A DNA stretch of 63,714 bases, filler included, from Hyphochytrium catenoides (taxonomy: Eukaryota > Protista > Hyphochytriomycota), in NCBI GenBank assembly GCA_900088475.1. It is 6 parts of 6 records of this genome, joined end to end, with 100 filler letters (N's around TTAATTAATTAA, not from the genome) between each part and the next. Parts side by side here need not be neighbours in the genome. Positions count along the whole stretch, not along the records: positions 59,081 to 63,714 come from FLMG01004420.1; 5 more parts are not named here. The stretch is one strand, 5' to 3'. Below the pieces are notes generated by a model that was not told where the DNA came from, made no database searches, and saw only the letters and a list, made by a program, of their open reading frames with translations. Positions 61,528 through 63,714 of this stretch are shown here, in pieces. Every line of letters starts with the position of its first letter. Position 1 is the stretch's first letter. The translations under genes and the position numbers were made by a program.

Positions 61528-61659
61528 TCGTCGAGGTAACTTCTTCGCTCTTTCTTCTCCAAGCTTTTTTATACAAGTTCTACTGTTCTAAGAAATGTCA
61601 GTTGAGCTTCTGAGGCAGAGGCAACTAGCGACCAACCAGCTCAGATAAAAGGTCATTTC

Positions 61660-62019
61660 CGTGTTCTCTCCTGTTATCCTCTCTCTTTCCCTGTTCCTGT
61701 CTTCCCTTTCATTTTCCTCTCTTTGTGTCTCTCTCTCTCTCACGCACTTCCAATCATCATCCTCTGTCGCTGTCCCTCTGTCTCTCTCTTTCTTCTCTCT
61801 CTCTCTCTCATTGTCTCTCTGTCGCTCTCTGTCGCTCTCTGTCTCTCTCTGTCCCTCTTTCTCTCATTTTCTCCCTCTCTCTCTCTCTCCTCTCTCGCTC
61901 TCTCCCTCTCTCTCTCTCTCAGTCTCTCTCTCTCTCTCTGTCTCTCTTTGTCTGTCTGTCTCTCTCCCTCTCGCTCTGTCTCTGTCTCTGTCTCTCTGTC
62001 TCTGTCTCTGTCTCTCTGT

Positions 62020-62058
<39 letters not shown>

Positions 62059-62085
62059 CAGGGTCCTCTTTCTGTCTCTCTCCCA
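61660..62085. repeat. Long (CT)n/(CTGT)n microsatellite tract
   Basis: About 400 bp of near-pure polypyrimidine on the + strand, upstream of the minus-strand gene. Confidence 0.9.
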
Positions 62086-63714
62086 CCCTTTGCATGGCAC
62101 TAAAGGACTGGCTACTGCAGTTGCAGTTGGTCAAATCCCAAATATCACGAAAGATTCACTGCTAATGCGAATAATTCGCAATGAAACTATAAATAGTGAT
62201 TTCTACCAATGGAAATACCCGCAAATGAGGCCATTTAACCGCAAAAATCTCCAGTATTCTTAGTTCCTACGCTTCAAGCGGTAATTACCACCTAGATTCT
62301 TTCTAAATCCCTCTTGACAACCTTGCTTTGTACGGCAAGTACACCTTTGACACAAAATTCCCTTTCGTTCCGTTATTCAGAACTTGTTAGAAGCCTGTTC
62401 TTTCTATCCCTGATCAAAACGGTTTAATTTAGGATATTTATATGCGTAGTGTGAGGAATAGTCAGGCACAAATAAACCGCGAGGAAACATTTTGGAAAAT
62501 TTATTCTTGACATGTTTCTTTTCGCATCACTTTTCAACTTGAAGTTAACGCAGCACCACTCATGTAACGCCCCCTCAACCCACCCACCTCTATCTATAGC
62601 TTTCCACTAACTAAGACTCAGACCTCCCACCCACTCTAACTAGCTCTCACTTCTTATGTCCGCCAGAGCTCCCCCAGGATAAATACGAATCTTATATCTT
62701 TTGGGGAGAGTCATTGGTATCTTTCTTTCTATGAAGCCATCATCTTCTCCTCCTCTCCTCCTCTCCTTCTTCGTGGGCTGCTGGCTGCTGCTGCTGCTCT
62801 TATCTTCCAGTCCATTTCCTTCTTCACTTCTCTTCTTCGCCGCGGGTCTCGGCTTTCTGCCGCTGTCTCGCATCTGATGACCTTCCGTAGCACCAGGCGG
62901 CGGGCATCTCTCGTTGTCTTGCTTCTTCTTCTTCGTGCTAATGCTAAGAAACTAAGAAGCAGATCCTCTTTGCTTCGTCTGTGCTGCTGCAGCTCGTTTG
63001 ACAATCTCACAATCTCACGATTCACCCTTTGACCACCTGTTCTCTCTGTCGTCTGCTATCTCCCCTCTTCTGCCTGCCCTCCTTCTTCCTGCTGTTCTTG
63101 TGGCTTCGTCGTCATACTTCTTTCTATCTGTAGTGACCGCTGCTGCTTTAGGATGGTGCCCTTCCCTTGTACTTACGATACTCGTGTCTTCTGCTGATCG
63201 CCTGCTTCTCCTCCTCTCCAACAACAATGATCCTTTATCAATCGGTAGCTGCTTTCTGATCAGCTCCTTTTCTCCTACTACCTCCTTCGTTGGACTGTCT
63301 CTCGCAATTTGTTTCCTCCTTTCGGTAGCTCTCCCCCCGGTCTAATACCTTCATCTCGTCGCTTCAACCGAATACCTCTCTATCTCGTACGGCCTTCTGC
63401 ATCTGTCTGTGGAAAGGCTACATAGACACCGCCACCTTGAGGAGCCGTTCCCCTTGTCTGCCACTGCCCATGCTCTAAAAAAGGGAGGCAGTGGTGATGG
63501 CGTTGGGTCATCCTGCCCTAGGCTAGGCTCTCTATGGTGCGTCAGGATCTCTGTCTGCTGGCGTCCCGTATCTGATATCTGTTCTCTCCACTTATCGCTC
63601 TTCTCCGTCTTCTTCTTGTTGTTTGAGCCTTTGACTAGGGCATGATGCTCTCTAGGGCTCCTCCCAGTACCCCTTCCTTGATAATAAGAGACAAACGGCG
63701 CACGCGCCATCATC

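Noticed and set aside
37732-62263. Numerous LSLSLS / RERERE ORFs in the ORF track
   Set aside because: These are translations of (CT)n/(GA)n microsatellites, which lack stop codons; they are not proteins.
59697-62365. Vague similarity between 59697-59780 and 62278-62365 (ggtRattaYca...tttgacacMaaatt)
   Set aside because: Too degenerate to support by eye, with no TSD or TIR evidence.

Overview
Eukaryotic nuclear DNA, most likely from a stramenopile/oomycete-like protist (inference from SMC1, cyclin, NPSN-type SNARE, spherulin and PX-like protein styles). The window is a concatenation of six contigs joined by artificial 100-bp N44-TTAATTAATTAA-N44 linkers, so adjacency across those joints is not biological. 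Contig 1 (1-30633) is gene-dense with short introns: OST-alpha/TMEM184-like transporter, CUE-AlkB-GRF dioxygenase, cyclin T/K, Med11, SPIN90/Ldb17-like (DUF2013), SMC1, a Cys-rich PX-like ORF, a spherulin/germin cupin, an intron-rich YqaJ/lambda-exonuclease gene and a ZUP1-like C78 peptidase. Later contigs hold genes whose introns are expanded by strand-polarised (CT)n tracts (RRP12, a multi-TM protein, a PIKfyve/Fab1-like FYVE gene, an NPSN-like SNARE). They also hold transposon relics: a TIR-bounded PIF/Harbinger derivative with only the Myb/SANT gene, a CRE-like non-LTR element with an inverted duplication, and a gag-only copia-type element with a half-tRNA PBS nested in its own solo LTR within another copia pol. 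A short organellar LSU rRNA fragment is also present. No clearly new system is proven. The strongest leads are the nested gag-only LTR element, the CT-in-intron/GA-in-flank strand pattern, the fold-back retroelement and the intron-rich YqaJ nuclease. Exon boundaries were read by eye and are approximate.
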